From Mobula hypostoma (Eukaryota), in contig NC_086097.1 in the NCBI RefSeq assembly GCF_963921235.1, forward strand, positions 125,986,001-126,050,000: a stretch of 64,000 nucleotides of DNA, in the 5' to 3' direction. The translations under genes and the position numbers were made by a program. Positions 52,151-64,000 of this stretch are shown here, in pieces (the stretch's first letter is position 1; each line of letters opens with the position of its first letter). Below the pieces are notes generated by a model. That model was not told the DNA's origin, did not search any database, and worked only from the letters and a program-made list of their open reading frames with translations.

Positions 52151-54273
52151 CTTATGTACAATAGAGAGCATCACCTGGTATGGAGGGGCCACTGCACAGG
52201 ATCGGAAAAAGCTGCAGAGGGCTGTAAACTCAGCCTGCTCCATCGTGGGCACTAGCCTTCCATCAGCAAGGGCAACTTCAAAATGCGATGCCTCAAGAAG
52301 TTGGCCTCCATTGTCGAGGACTTCCACCACCAGGACCATGCTCTTCTCATTGCTACCATGAGGGAGGGGGCTGAAGACACGCACTCAACGTTTTAGGAGC
52401 AGCTTCTTCCCCTCTGCCGTCAGGTTTCTGAACAGTCCGTGAACCCATGAATGCTACCTCATTATTTTTTTTTTCTATTTTGCATCACTTATTTGATTTT
52501 TTATATATTATGCAGCAGAATATATTTCATGTATTGCACTGTACTGCTGCTGCAGAGCAACACATTTCACAGTATATATCAGTGATCATAAAGCTGATTC
52601 TGATTTGTGATTGTCCCTTGTGAGTCCATTCTCAAAATTGTCCCATCAAGGAATTCTCATGCACCCACAGGCTGCCCTGGTGCATTGATTTTCACTCTGA
52701 TAAACCGACCTGCACATGCAACACCATCTGGATTCATCACATCCTGATGCTGCGACTGTTCTGGCCAAGACTGCAAGAAACTGCGCAGAGCTGTGGACAC
52801 AACTCAGCCCATCATGGAAACTTGCAGACTGAAAAATAGCTTTTCCCCCAGAGCTATAATTGCTCTGAACCAATCGATCAATCATCATCCATAAATTTGT
52901 TGTATTGCTACTTTAATACTGGTTTTATGGCTATCATGCAGCTGAGTTGCGCTTTTGTACTGCTGGACATTGCTTGTACTGGCTGGTTACCTAATTTTAT
53001 TTATTGTTTATTTATTTTATTTGTTGTTTTATAGCATTGAGTACGAGAGTTGCAAACTCATTTTCACTGTATTGGTGCATGATGAATTGTACTATGCGAC
53101 GACAATAAAAATATTTCATTTCATTTCAAACTAAACTTCTTTTAACTGAGTCTGTGCTTTGTACTGCCAGGGGAAAGCAGCCAATATAATCCAAGGTCCC
53201 TCCCACCCTAAGCATTTTCTCTCCACCGCCCCCCCCCCCCGCCAACCGCCCTTCCATCAGGCAGAAGATACAAGAGCTTGAAAACTTGCATCACCAGGTT
53301 CAAGGACAGCTTCTATTCCACTGCATATAGACTATTGAAGAAACCCCTTATACAGGAGGGGATCCTGCACAAGGGCTACTGCACAGGATCGAAGTACGCT
53401 GCAGAGAGTTGTAAAATTAGTCAGCTTCATCATGGGTACTAACCTCCACAGTATCCAGGTCACCTTCAAGAAGCAGTGTCTCAGAGTAGGACCTCCACCA
53501 CCTCTTCTCACTGTTACCATCAGGAAGGTGGTACAGAAGCCTGAAGGCAAACACTCAGTGATTCAGGAACAGCTTCTTCCCTCTGCCATCCGATTCCTAA
53601 ATGGACAGTGAACGCATGAAAACTACCTCATTACTTCTTTCATTTCCTATTTTTTCTCCACTACTTATTTAACGTAACTATTTTATATACACTTACAGTA
53701 ATTCAGTTTTCTGTTCTATTATCGTGTACTGCATTGTACAGCTGCCACAAAGTTAACATATTTCACAACGCATGCCAGTGATAGTAAACCTGGTTCTGAT
53801 TCAATACAGATGAAAACTTGACCTCACATCTACTGTTAGATTAGGCGCACAATTGTTATGTTTCTTGTAATTCAACTTTCTTATGCTTGCTTATATTTTT
53901 ATATAATCAGATGCAATTATTTAATGTATTTTCTAGCAATTATGGTACAGTCACTTCTGTATTTTTCTAGAAATGTCTTAGCTTTCAGTAGCACAGGACC
54001 ATGCCACTGGAATCTGGCTGTGTTGTAGGTTAGTTGTTATCACTGGAATTTTGTTATTTCTAGTCTGAGTATGACACGATCACGACTACTTTTTTCCTTT
54101 ATCTTTTCTTTGTTTTCTCAACTCTTCCTTCTTGTTCATTCTTTGTTCTTGTAATGCTTAATGAACAGCTGTAAGCAGTAAGTTTTGTGCTTCATTCTTG
54201 ATTTCCAAAGAATCTTTGAATCATAAAAGCACCAGGATTCAACATGGCCCATGCACCTTATTGTCTGCCTGCT

Positions 54274-54820
54274 CTACACCCAATAATGCAAATATCTAAT
54301 CAGTCAATCATGTGGCAGCAACTCAATTCATAAAAGCATGCAGACATGGTCAGAGGTTCAGTTGTTGTTCAGACCAAACATCAGAATGGGGAAGAAATGT
54401 AATCTAAGTAGAATGATTGCTGGTGTCAGATAGGGTGGTTTGAGTAGCTCAGAAATTGCTGATCACCTGGGATTTTCAAGTCAACTAGTAAACTCTAGCC
54501 TCTAGTAAAAACTCTAAACTTTACTTTAAAAACTCTAGTAAAAAAAACAAAAAAAAAATCCAGTGAGCAGCAGTTCTGTGGGCAAAATATCTTGTTAACG
54601 AGAGAGATCAGACTAGAATAGCCAGACTTGTTCAAGCTGACAGGAAGGTGACAGTAACTGAAGTAACCACACGTTACAGCAGTGAAGTGCAGAAGAGCAT
54701 TTTGCAATGCAAACATTGAACCTTGAAGTGGATGGGCTACTGCAGGAGAAGACCACGAACATACCCTCAGTGGCCACTTTATTAGATACGGGAGATACCT
54801 AATAAAGTAGTCCCTGAATG
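54274..54820 (-). mobile_element. Tc1-type MITE, copy 3 (one end eroded)
   Basis: Reverse complement of the 8374-8925 body, with the double TIR at ~54764-54820 and TA on the right flank. Confidence 0.8.
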
Positions 54821-56314
54821 TATATTCTGCATTCTGTTGTTGTTCCCTTTGTACTACCTTGATGTGTTCATGCTTTGAAATGTTACGTATGGATGATATG
54901 CAAAACAAAGATTTTCACTGTATCTTGGCACGTGACAATAATAAAGCAATACGAAATCGCACTTTTCCCTGTAGCTCTTTGACCTTATGGTTACCAACAG
55001 CCCAATGAAGTCTCAGTCAAAGAGATCATAGGATATAGGCCTGAACATCTAACCCAGCAAAGTACAGAGGGCAAAGCTGAGGGTCGAAGACCAAAGGTAA
55101 AGGCCCAAAGAAGTAGTCCCGAGGGCTGGGTTACCGGGGAGGGAGGTCCTTGCGAATCCAGAAGTTGAGGCCCAAAGGTCAAACTCATGATTGGAGAGTC
55201 CTGGCGTGAAGTCCAAAGCTAAAGGTTGAGAATCCAGGGGACTAGGATTGGCAGCACAGAGTCCTGGGGTTGGGAGACATGTCTGGGTGTGTGAGGGGGT
55301 GGGTGGAAGCGATGGGAAAAGGGTTTGTTTGGCTGTTATCTTTCGTTTTGTTGTTGTTGCTGCTTGTGTTGGTCTGTGGAACACTGTGGGCATGCTGGAA
55401 TGCATGGTGATACTTGTGGGCTGCCCACAGTACACCATTGGGTGCGCTGGCTTTCAATGCAAAAGATGTATTTTACTGTTTATTTCGACGTATACTGTAT
55501 GTGATAAATAAATCTGAATTTGATTCTGCACCGTGACTACAGCCAAATTACTTTGTTATCTTATCCGGACATTAGTATGGGTAAGTTGTCCAGCAGCTAG
55601 AGAGTGATGGCTGAGGACAGAAGGGCATTATAATCCTCACCCGGGTTGGGGTGGCTCATTGGGCTCACAGGTGGTACAGTGCAGACAGCAGAGATGTATT
55701 CTGCCTTCACAGCAACACAGCAGGTTCCATGGGTATATACACAAGGGCAATCTCCCCTAATCATATTCCTCCTTATCTGGATAGCCGTCAATTAGTCAGC
55801 ATCATCAATTAGGGCACTTGGTTCTGCAGGGCTGGCTACATCTGACCATGTGGATTCCCTCCGATGTAGTTAGGGATAGTAAGTTGTGGGTGTGCTCTGT
55901 TAGTGCCAAAACTGTGCCGACAGTTGCTGGCACGATCCTCGCTGATTTGATTTGACGCAAATGATGCAGTTCACTGTATGTTTCAACACACGTGTGACAA
56001 ATAAGGATAATCTTTATCTTTATAACAAGACTCTTGCTTATGTCCTATTCCTTGTGAATTGGATCACTTGAACACTAAGGGGCTAGATCCTGTGTAACTT
56101 CATGGGTACATGGTTGTCTGATAATTTCAGTATATCCCACATCTCTCTACAACCAGTGCAGCATTCTTTGAAGTGTTGCTGTCTTATAATATTAGAAAAT
56201 AATGCAGGAAACACCAAACTGCTACAAACAAGGGCAACATCAGCCATGATAGAATAGTAGAGCAGACTTGATGGGCCAAATTACCTAATTCTGTTCATGT
56301 GTCTTATGGTCTTA

Positions 56315-57645
56315 AGTTTGCAAACGAGAAGAACAACGTCATTAGAGGGAGCAAATGAGCTGTACACCAAGAAGACAAGCACAAAAAAAGTTAAGTGACC
56401 AAGTAGATTATTAATCAATAGTTTGTGATAACAGTATGAAATAAATAAGTAGCAACACAAGTAATTACAAAACATGTAAATGTATACAGTGATACGTAAG
56501 TCATAAACTCATATTGTAAGATATGACATGTTTCCATCTTTGCTGAGAAAAAGAACAATTAATTTCCTTTTTGTTATATTTGCAAATCTGGCAAACATTT
56601 AGTCACAAAAATAGCTAGTTTAAGTATTCGCCCATGACAATTTTTAAATCAGAATTTGGACAATTGTCTTCATCCCCTCTGGCCAGAACTTCATAAGGCA
56701 AAGATAAATACTCGGGGGAGAAAATTTGGTATGGGCATTGTGATCTGCTTTAGTTGCCTGTTGATGGCGAGTCCCAACATTCAGCTCCAGAATATTTGGT
56801 TGTGCTAATGCAATCCCACCTACTACACAAATAGAAATTTCTACCCCAACATCTTGGCAAAAGCAAGTATGGGGTAAATATGTATATTTGCACAATTTAT
56901 TGCCTTTTGCACACTGGTTGTTTGTCCACTTTTGTGTATGATTTTTCATTGATTCTATTGTGTTTCTATGCATTTACTGTGAATCCCCGTAACAAAATGA
57001 ATCTCAAGATAGTATATGGTGACATACACATTCTTCAATAATAAATTTATTGTGAACTTTGAAGAGTGTGCTTCCTTGCCGTCTCAGACAGCACCCGAAA
57101 TCCCCTACTGTTTTCCCCCCCGTTACCCTTTCCATTCACTAGATATGAATGCAGGAAGATCCTGATCCTTCACTTCTCCTTCCCTCCTTTCACCGCTGAG
57201 AAGTGACACACTGTGTACAGCCGCCACCCGATACTTCAGACCACAGCTCACATAGACTTCGGTGCTGGCAAGCCTACTCACCAGCAGTCTGCCGCTTCTG
57301 GGGCCAGAGACGGTGAACAACTAACTCGCTTCTCTCACAGTTAGAGGTCACCTTACTCACTGCCTTCCCAAAGTGTGCACTGTGCACGTAAGAACTGCAT
57401 TTAACGAGTCATTTTTCAGAAGGTAACATATTCCCTCCATACAAATTTCATGTATTTCTGTAATCTCTCAGTTCAGCATGCTATGCTCTGCTTACATCTA
57501 AGCATAAACATTTACAAGATACATACATAATACATAAAAACTTGCATTCACTCAGTTCCATCATTTTCAGCAGAACTGAACGACCGTTCCCATTAGGTGA
57601 TGCTTGCACTGGTTAATGTGAATATGACTGCTGGAGTCACAAGGA
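56315..57645 (-). other. KLF10: Putative KLF10 3' UTR (3' end not determined)
   Basis: Mostly non-repetitive sequence, U-rich on the minus strand, directly after the stop. Contains a UUAUUUAUU element (56440-56448) and an embedded LINE-tail fragment (~56880-57062). Confidence 0.5.
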
Positions 57646-57896
57646 CTAAGGAGCTGACACTGGGGAGATGGAGTCGTTCAGCTTCTTCACTTCCACCTGC
57701 CAGTTGCTTAGCTTCTTAGCAGAGAGGTGGCGGCGAGCATGCTTGGTCAAGTGATCGCTCCGCATGAACCGCCGCTCGCACATGGGACACACAAACTTCT
57801 TTTCTCCCGTGTGGGTCCTGCGATGTCGAGACAGCTCGTCGGAGCGTGCAAATTTCCTGTCACAGTCTTCCCAATTGCAGCTGAACGGTTTCTCAC
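57646..57896 (-). CDS. KLF10: KLF10 last coding exon (zinc fingers 2-3 and stop codon)
   Basis: Acceptor ttacag|GT GAG AAA completes the split Gly of TGEKP; 251 nt. Encodes [75 protein letters not shown]. The HLSAKKL.NWQ.EV.KLND tail is KLF10-type. Confidence 0.96.
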
Positions 57897-58188
57897 CTGT
57901 AACGGGATTCATGGTGCAATTTACAATACATCTCTGGCATATCATGTTAAATCAAAGTCAGTCTTACCCTCGAACTAAAAAGAACTTACACATTTCAATT
58001 TAATTTGCTGCAATGCAATCCATAATTATCATTTAATTAGGTTGGAAAATTCAGATACTGTAGCTTAATTCAGGATAGTTCACTGTCACTCTTCAGTACA
58101 CGCACATTAAAGAGAACAAAATGATTGTTACTCTGAATCCAATCCAGCATTTAAAAAAAATAATAAGCATAAAGAACACAATAAATAT

Positions 58189-58768
58189 TTAACCTCTTCA
58201 GCTTGTCGGACGATTGCATTTCTTACATTAATGGCTAGAAGATCCATTTTACTGAAATGGAAAAAGATTAATCCTCCCACCACATTTCATTGGTTCTCTC
58301 AAACTATGTTGTGTTTAAACTTAGAAAAAATTAGAAGTGTTATTTATGATCCCTCTATTAAATTTGAAAAGATTTGGAGGCCATTTCCATATGATATAAT
58401 TTGACCTTTTCCAAACTTATTCTATTTCTTTTTAATATATGTTGAGAGGAGCAGAGTTGACGACACTAATGGTTCCTTTTTTTGATGTTACATAACAGCT
58501 CATGTCTTTTTTTTCTTTAGTTTAGTTGATTAACACTGTTTAGGTTAGTTTTTCTTTTGGGGTATATTTTTATATATTTTTTCTTTTTTCATGATTTTTT
58601 TCTTTTTTTTTGTATATTACATTTGCATCCTGTATGATTGGGAGGTTTAATACCCATGTGTCAACTGGGTTTATATTTAACTATGTTAATTATAACAATG
58701 TCATCCCAATAACTTTGTATCAATACTATGGTATGTTTATCATTATGAAACCAAAAAAAAATTAAAAA
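58189..58768 (+). mobile_element. L1 3' end (ORF2 C-terminus, 3' UTR, A-rich tail) in KLF10 intron 3
   Basis: IAFLTLMARRSILLKWKKINPPTTFHWF...LNLEKIR...FEKIWRPF is a fish-type L1 ORF2 terminus; flanked by the duplicated ACAATAAATAT. Confidence 0.75.
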
Positions 58769-59059
58769 ACAATAAATATAAATACATAGGATTAGCTTAT
58801 ACAGTACATGTATACATTTATGTACAAAAAGTGACACTACGTACAGGAGTATCTGTATATAAGATGATCTTGACAGGAAATGATAAAGTAGTGGAGGTTT
58901 GGGGTGATGGAGTGGGTTAATGGGTGGAGGTGTTGATCAGTCTGATGGCTTGGGGGAAGTAATTGGTTTTGAGCTTAGTGGTCCTCATGTAGATGTTGCA
59001 TAGCCCCTTCCTTGATGGGAGTGGGACAAACAAAATTTCTCATCCTTTATAGGAAAATT

Positions 59060-59912
59060 AATACAGATACGGTAGAAGGACTTGGACAGATTAGGAGAAA
59101 GGGCCAAGAAGTTGCAGATGGAATGCAGTGTACAGAAGTTGATGGTCATGAACTTTGATAGAGGAATAAAGGCAAAGACTATGTTCTGAACATGGAGAAA
59201 ATTCAGAAATCAGAGTTGGAAAGGGACTTGGGAGCCCTTGTGTAGGATTCCCTAAAGGTTAACTTACAGGTTGAGTTTGTACTAAGGAAGGCAAATGGAA
59301 TGTTAACATTCATTTCCAAAGGACTAGAATATAAAGGCAAGGACATAATGCTGATGCTTTATAAGGCACTGGTCAGACCAGAGTTGGAGTATTGTGAGCA
59401 GCTGGGAGCCTCTTATCTAAGAAGAAATGTGCTGGCATTGGAGAGGGTCCAGAAGAGGTTCACAAGAATGATCCCTGGAATGAAAGAGTTAACATATGAG
59501 GAGCTTGAATGGCTCTGGATTTGTACTCTTTGGAATTTAGAAAAATGAGGGGGGGAGCTTATTGAAACCTATCGAATATTGAAAGGCCTAGATAGAGTTG
59601 ATGCAGAGAGGAGGATTCCTATTGTGGGGGAAGTGTAGGATGAGAGGGCACAGCCTCAGAATAGAAGATTGTCCCTTTAGAACAGAGATGAGGAGGAAAT
59701 TCTTTAGCCAGAGTGCAGTGAATCTGTGGAATTCGTTGCCACAGATGGCTGCGGAGGCCAAGTCATTGGGTGTATTTAAAATGGAGGTTGATAGGTTACA
59801 GGGTGAAGGCAGGAGAATGAATTTGAGATAGTTAGTAAATCAGCCATGATGGAATGGCAGAACAGACTCAAAGGCTGAATGGTCTAATTATGTTCCTACG
59901 TCCTATAGTCTT
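59060..59912 (+). mobile_element. Old CR1 3' fragment in KLF10 intron 3
   Basis: LYKALVRPELEYCEQ, LERVQKRFTRMIPG and RGHSLRI remnants. Confidence 0.85.
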
Positions 59913-60100
59913 AACCTGCACTCCACTGCAAAAACAAAAAGGCACCATTGCCCAGGCCTTGGTCAGAGGTAGTTAGCTGCCCAGCACTGGGCTCTGGGGT
60001 TACACAATCAGTAAAGATTCAACAACTTCTCACTGGACTCAATTCAATTCTACCTCCTGGTGGCAAACTATAAGCAGAGCTGAGAGTGTACTCCCCATAC

Positions 60101-61061
60101 CTGTGTGGGTCCTCATGTGGGCCTTCAGATGGGAGCTTTTGAAGTAGGTTTTCCCGCAGCCTGGGTGGTGGCAGATGTGGCTGCGATGTCGAGACACATC
60201 AATCTGGGCTTCTTCCTTCTGGACAGGTGGCAGGATCCCGGGGGCAGGGGCAATGGGTGACAGTCGGGTGCCATTGAGGCTGGTAACCCCTGGCTTCACT
60301 TGCTTGACCGCGGGCTGTGGCATGACAAACATCAGGGCTCCCTTCGAAACTGGAGCTCCCATGAAGACAAGGGGAGGAGGGATCATGGTCGGGTGCTTAC
60401 CCAGAGTGTTGGGCACTACAGCAGTCATAACGGGGTTGCCTGCAGCGACTGGTACAACTTGGCAGATGATGGGCAGTGGAGGGACACTGGAAGAGGCCGG
60501 AGGCGAGACCAGCACCGAATTTTGCCGAATCTCAGTGTTGCTGGGAGGATGCGTCCTTGAAAGAAGAGCTTGTCCTGTAACTACTGTGGAATTAGTTGCT
60601 AGAGCCAAGTTTTGATTTTGTTTCTTATCTTCGTTTTGTCCTTCATTGCTTTCATTTACTGGGTTGACAGAAGAACTCAGTTCCTGCGATATACAGTTTC
60701 TCTTTTCAGCGCCATCGCTTCCCATCATTTTCCCTTCAGTTCCACCCACAGCTGCTGTTTGCAGCCTAGCGGATTCCTGGACCATCCTAATCGGACAAGA
60801 ACCATCTGTACAGGGCAAGACATCAGCGGTGTGGCGAATCACACTTGTTGCCTGGGACCGCTGGCCTGTGGCTACCTTGGCTGGTTGCGGACTCCTTACA
60901 TACGCTGCATCTACGGGCACCAGCTCCGGCGCTGCTGTAGCCCTGGTCGTTTCTCTGGATAACGGAAATCCTCCTTTAGGCAGAGCGCAGGGGGTCGGAA
61001 TTGTAGGGTGGGCCATTTGAGATGCCTCAAATGTTGGAGGACTATATGGTGGGGTTAAACA
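60101..61061 (-). CDS. KLF10: KLF10 coding exon 3 (R2/R3 domains, Pro-rich region, zinc finger 1)
   Basis: Acceptor ttttctctgtttctag|TGT TTA ACC; donor ACA G|gtatgg; 961 nt. Translates CLTPPYSP...[11 protein letters not shown]...[14 protein letters not shown]...[13 protein letters not shown]...[28 protein letters not shown]. Confidence 0.96.
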
Positions 61062-61108
61062 CTAGAAACAGAGAAAACAAAAGTGAGAGTCCATCCATTC
61101 CCAAAGTA

Positions 61109-61595
61109 CACTCGGTGGTCACTTTATTAGGTACACCTGCTCGTTAATGCAAACATCAAATCAGCCAATCATGTGGCAGCTACTCTGTGTATAAAAGCAT
61201 GCAGACATGGTCAGGAGGCTCAGTTGTTTTTCAGACCAAACTCCAGAAAGGAGAAGAAATGCAATCTAAGTGACTTTGACTGTGGAATGAATGCTGGTGC
61301 CAGATGGGGTAGTTGATATCTCAGAAACGGCTGATCTCCTGGAATTTTAAACACACAACGTGCTCTAGAGTTTACAGAGACTGCAAAAAAAAACAAAAAA
61401 AATCCAGTGAGCAGCTTTGTGGATGAAAATGCCTAGTTAATGAAACGTGTCAAGAGGAGAATGGCCAGATTGGTTCAAGGTGACAGCAACTCAGATAACC
61501 AACAGCTACAACTGTGATGTGCAGAAGGCCACAAACACCCACTCACAGGCCACCTCCTTAGGTAGAGCAGGTACCTAATAAGTGGCTATTGGGTG
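61109..61595 (-). mobile_element. Tc1-type MITE, copy 4, in KLF10 intron 2, 47 bp from the start of exon 3
   Basis: TA-CACTCGGTGGTCACTTTATTAGGTACA ... degenerate TIR GGGTG-TA. Confidence 0.82.
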
Positions 61596-62572
61596 TACAT
61601 CTTATTTCACACACAGATTGCAGATAAAAAATACAGAATAGGGCAGCACTGAGGATTCTGTGTTCAATGATGTAGACATGAAGATGAGATGTTAACATGA
61701 GCCATTCACATGTAAGTGAAAATTCTGGAGACTATTCTTCAATAAGCTAAGTCCTTACTTTCTGACTAAAATGTTGCAAGTTACTCTTGGTTATTCATCT
61801 TGCTGTTATGGATCTTGTGAACAATGCTTTAGAGCAATTCGTTGTGCGTGAAGCACTTGGGACTTTCTTATGATGCAATGCTCTCTTCTTGCTACTGTCA
61901 TCAGGAAGAAGGTACAGGAGCCTTAGGCCCCTCACCAACAGGTTCAGGGACAGTTATTATCTTTCAACCATCAGGCTCCTGAACCACCTCAACTCTGAAC
62001 TGATTCACAATCTAAGGACTCACTTTGAAGAACTGTACAAACTGATGTTCTCAGTATGCATGTATGTATTTAAATTTGCATGCTTTGCCTTCTTTTGCAT
62101 GCTGATTGTTGTCAATGTTTGTATGTGTGTAGTTTTTCATCTATTCTATTACATTACTTTCTTCTACTATGAATGCCTGCAAGATAATGAATTGCAGGGT
62201 AGCTTATGGTGTCATAAGTGTACGTCAGTAATAAATTTAGTCTGAGCTTTCTTTATTTTCCTGTGAATGCCTGCAAAAAAATTAACGTCAAGGTAGTACA
62301 TGGTGACAACTACGTATTTTGTTAATTTATTTTGAACTTTGTAAAGTACGTTGAAAAGTGAATCCCTCTTTCTCTGCTCAGATTCTTTCCTCTCCTTTTC
62401 ATCAGTGTCCACATGTTGAATGCTGAGAAACTATGGCTCTACAGGAGCAAGAAGTCTTGGATCTGATGACTCAGTACAACTCACATTTACCTAGGGCACC
62501 AGTGCAAAGCCAGTCTTCATTAGGTTTTATCTACCATTCTTAATAGATTTAACTGCTACAAAAGTTACTTAC

Positions 62573-62812
62573 AAGAAGGGGCAACGTGTGGAGATCTTTA
62601 GAAATGGACGGTAAACTATCCTCGGATTCTTCAGATACATCGGAGGCCGGTGTTAGTGGTCTCAGATCGGTGTACCTTCTGCCGTCTGACTTCCAGCTGC
62701 AGCTCATTGACACGAGTGCTTCGACAGCCTCAATGTCCCCTTGTTCCGTTCGGCTGCCCCAGTAACACTTACTGTCTCTGCGTGCTCCGAAGCCCATCTC
62801 CATCCTTTCTTC
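62573..62812 (-). CDS. KLF10: KLF10 (TIEG1) coding exon 2, containing the Sin3-interaction/R1 repression domain
   Basis: Acceptor cttaacag|GAA GAA AGG ATG; donor CTT|gtaagt; 240 nt, phase 0/0. Translates EERMEMGF...DIEAVEALVSMSCSWKSD...RPLTPASD...HTLPLL, matching recalled human KLF10 EERMEM...DFEAVEALMSMSCSWKSD...RPVTPVSD...HTIPAF. Confidence 0.95.
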
Positions 62813-63234
62813 CTGTTAAGAGAAAACTCACACTGAGTCCTGGTTTAACTGATGGTGTAGATTAGCGGTTCCCTCTTTCTCCAAAAATTTAACAAGATTA
62901 GCTTCATTTGTCACATGTACCTGGAAGCATATAATGGAATGTATCACTTGCGTCAATTCAGGGGATTGCGCTGGGGCCAGTGCACAAGTCCCACCATGCT
63001 TCAGGCAGCAACATAGCCCGTCCAGAACTTACTAACTCTAACCTGTATGCTCTTGGAATGTGGGAGGAAACCAGACAACCTGGGGAAACCCCATGCACTT
63101 ACAGGGAGGATATTCAAATTCCTAACAGACAGCAGGGAGGTTGGGGATGGGGGGATTTTGCCCCAGTCGCTGGCACCGTAAAACTTTTAACTAACCACTG
63201 TGCTGCTGTGCCACCTCCCCTCCCCCCACCCCGG

Positions 63235-63530
63235 TAAATCAATGCTCGAGGTGTCACTCTTCTGAAACTTGTTGGTCTGCCGACAAGTCAAGATGGCTGT
63301 TGAGGAATGCTGCCGACTGGCACATTCAAAGCTGTAACAGTACTTGCTGAAGGACGCACTGAAACTCGTTATAGCTACCGCAAAGGCTCAGTGGAGAAGG
63401 ACTGTAGTGCAGGGTTCTTCTGCTACTGGAGACGGAGGGGCTGGGGAGGGTGAGGAAGCCCCTCAGTTATTGTAGTAGTGTACCACTCCAGGGGGTCTAC
63501 ACATTCTGGCATTAACACAGAATGCCCCAC
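63235..63530 (+). mobile_element. Tx1-clade LINE ORF2 C-terminal fragment
   Basis: EECCRLAHSKL*QYLLKDALKL..ATAKAQWRRTVV resembles Tx1 ORF2 termini as recalled. Confidence 0.6.
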
Positions 63531-63544
63531 AATGTTCGGCAGAA

Positions 63545-64000
63545 CAACAGTAATCTTGAAACTAACAGAATTACGATCACTGGATCCGAAGTGTTCCCCT
63601 TCACACATTTCTGTCACCTGCCCTGTCTCGTTCCCTAAAAAGGACATCCAATATCATGCTCTCTCTAGTTGGGACCTTTATTTATTGATTAAGGAAACTT
63701 TCCTGAACACAAACTCTATCCCATCCAGCCCTTTTACAGTATGGAATCTTGATCAATATCTGGAAAGTTAAAATCACCTACTATCACAATCTTATTTTCC
63801 TTGTAACTATGTGATATTTCTCCACAAATTTCAAATCTCCTTTAAATCCCGCTGTTAGGAATATATTCCATTAATGTAGTCATTTCTTTCTCATTTCTCA
63901 GTTGCATCCATATTGCCTCAGTAGACAAGTTCCCTCGTCTGTCCTGACTGAGCACTTTCGCTGACTGCTAATGCCACCCCTTCCCCTTTAAAACCTCTCC
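63545..64000 (-). mobile_element. CR1 endonuclease-region fragment (runs off the window end)
   Basis: FLGNETGQVTEMCEGEHFGSSDRNSVSFKI matches the LG.SDH motif of CR1 APE domains. Confidence 0.75.

Noticed and set aside
57897..57945. ORF-track N-terminus [16 protein letters not shown], and the read-through tails of ORFs 60039..61016 and 62549..62803
   Set aside because: Intronic; canonical splice sites at conserved positions explain the true exon limits.
60175..61020. Plus-strand ORFs overlapping KLF10 exon 3
   Set aside because: Antisense shadows of a GC-rich coding exon with no independent support.
57646..62812. Calling the gene KLF11 (TIEG2)
   Set aside because: [27 protein letters not shown] and HLSAKKL.NWQ match KLF10 as recalled; KLF11 differs at these positions.
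62813..64000. KLF10 exon 1 or promoter
   Set aside because: This stretch is SINE, Tx1 and CR1 debris with no CpG island and no MLNF-like coding start.

Overview
Repeat-dense vertebrate genomic DNA, most likely from a cartilaginous fish and probably a ray (inferred from the repeat families, not proven). One host gene is present: KLF10 (TIEG1) on the minus strand. Coding exons 2-4 (62812-62573, 61061-60101, 57896-57646) have canonical splice sites and join into an intact 483-codon frame; exon 1 was not found and probably lies beyond the window's right edge. The remaining ~56 kb is downstream intergenic DNA filled with nested CR1, Rex1/Babar-like, L1/Tx1 and Penelope retroelements, Gypsy relics, solo LTRs, V-SINEs and Tc1-type MITEs. 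The standout is a Gypsy element (7600->4780) whose RT-RNaseH-integrase core is replaced by ~0.8 kb of spliced, same-strand RBM25 cDNA, consistent with LTR-mediated mRNA capture. A second copy of the same Gypsy family (41410-44525) shows internally that the sequence 3' of the RBM25 fragment is Gypsy. Also notable: an RTE-derived short element resembling marsupial RTE SINEs, decayed Penelope hammerhead ribozyme motifs, a 111-bp foldback and an old ~200-bp local duplication. Family assignments come from reading motifs and recalling known proteins; no searches were run. Repeat boundaries are approximate unless a TSD or terminus is quoted.
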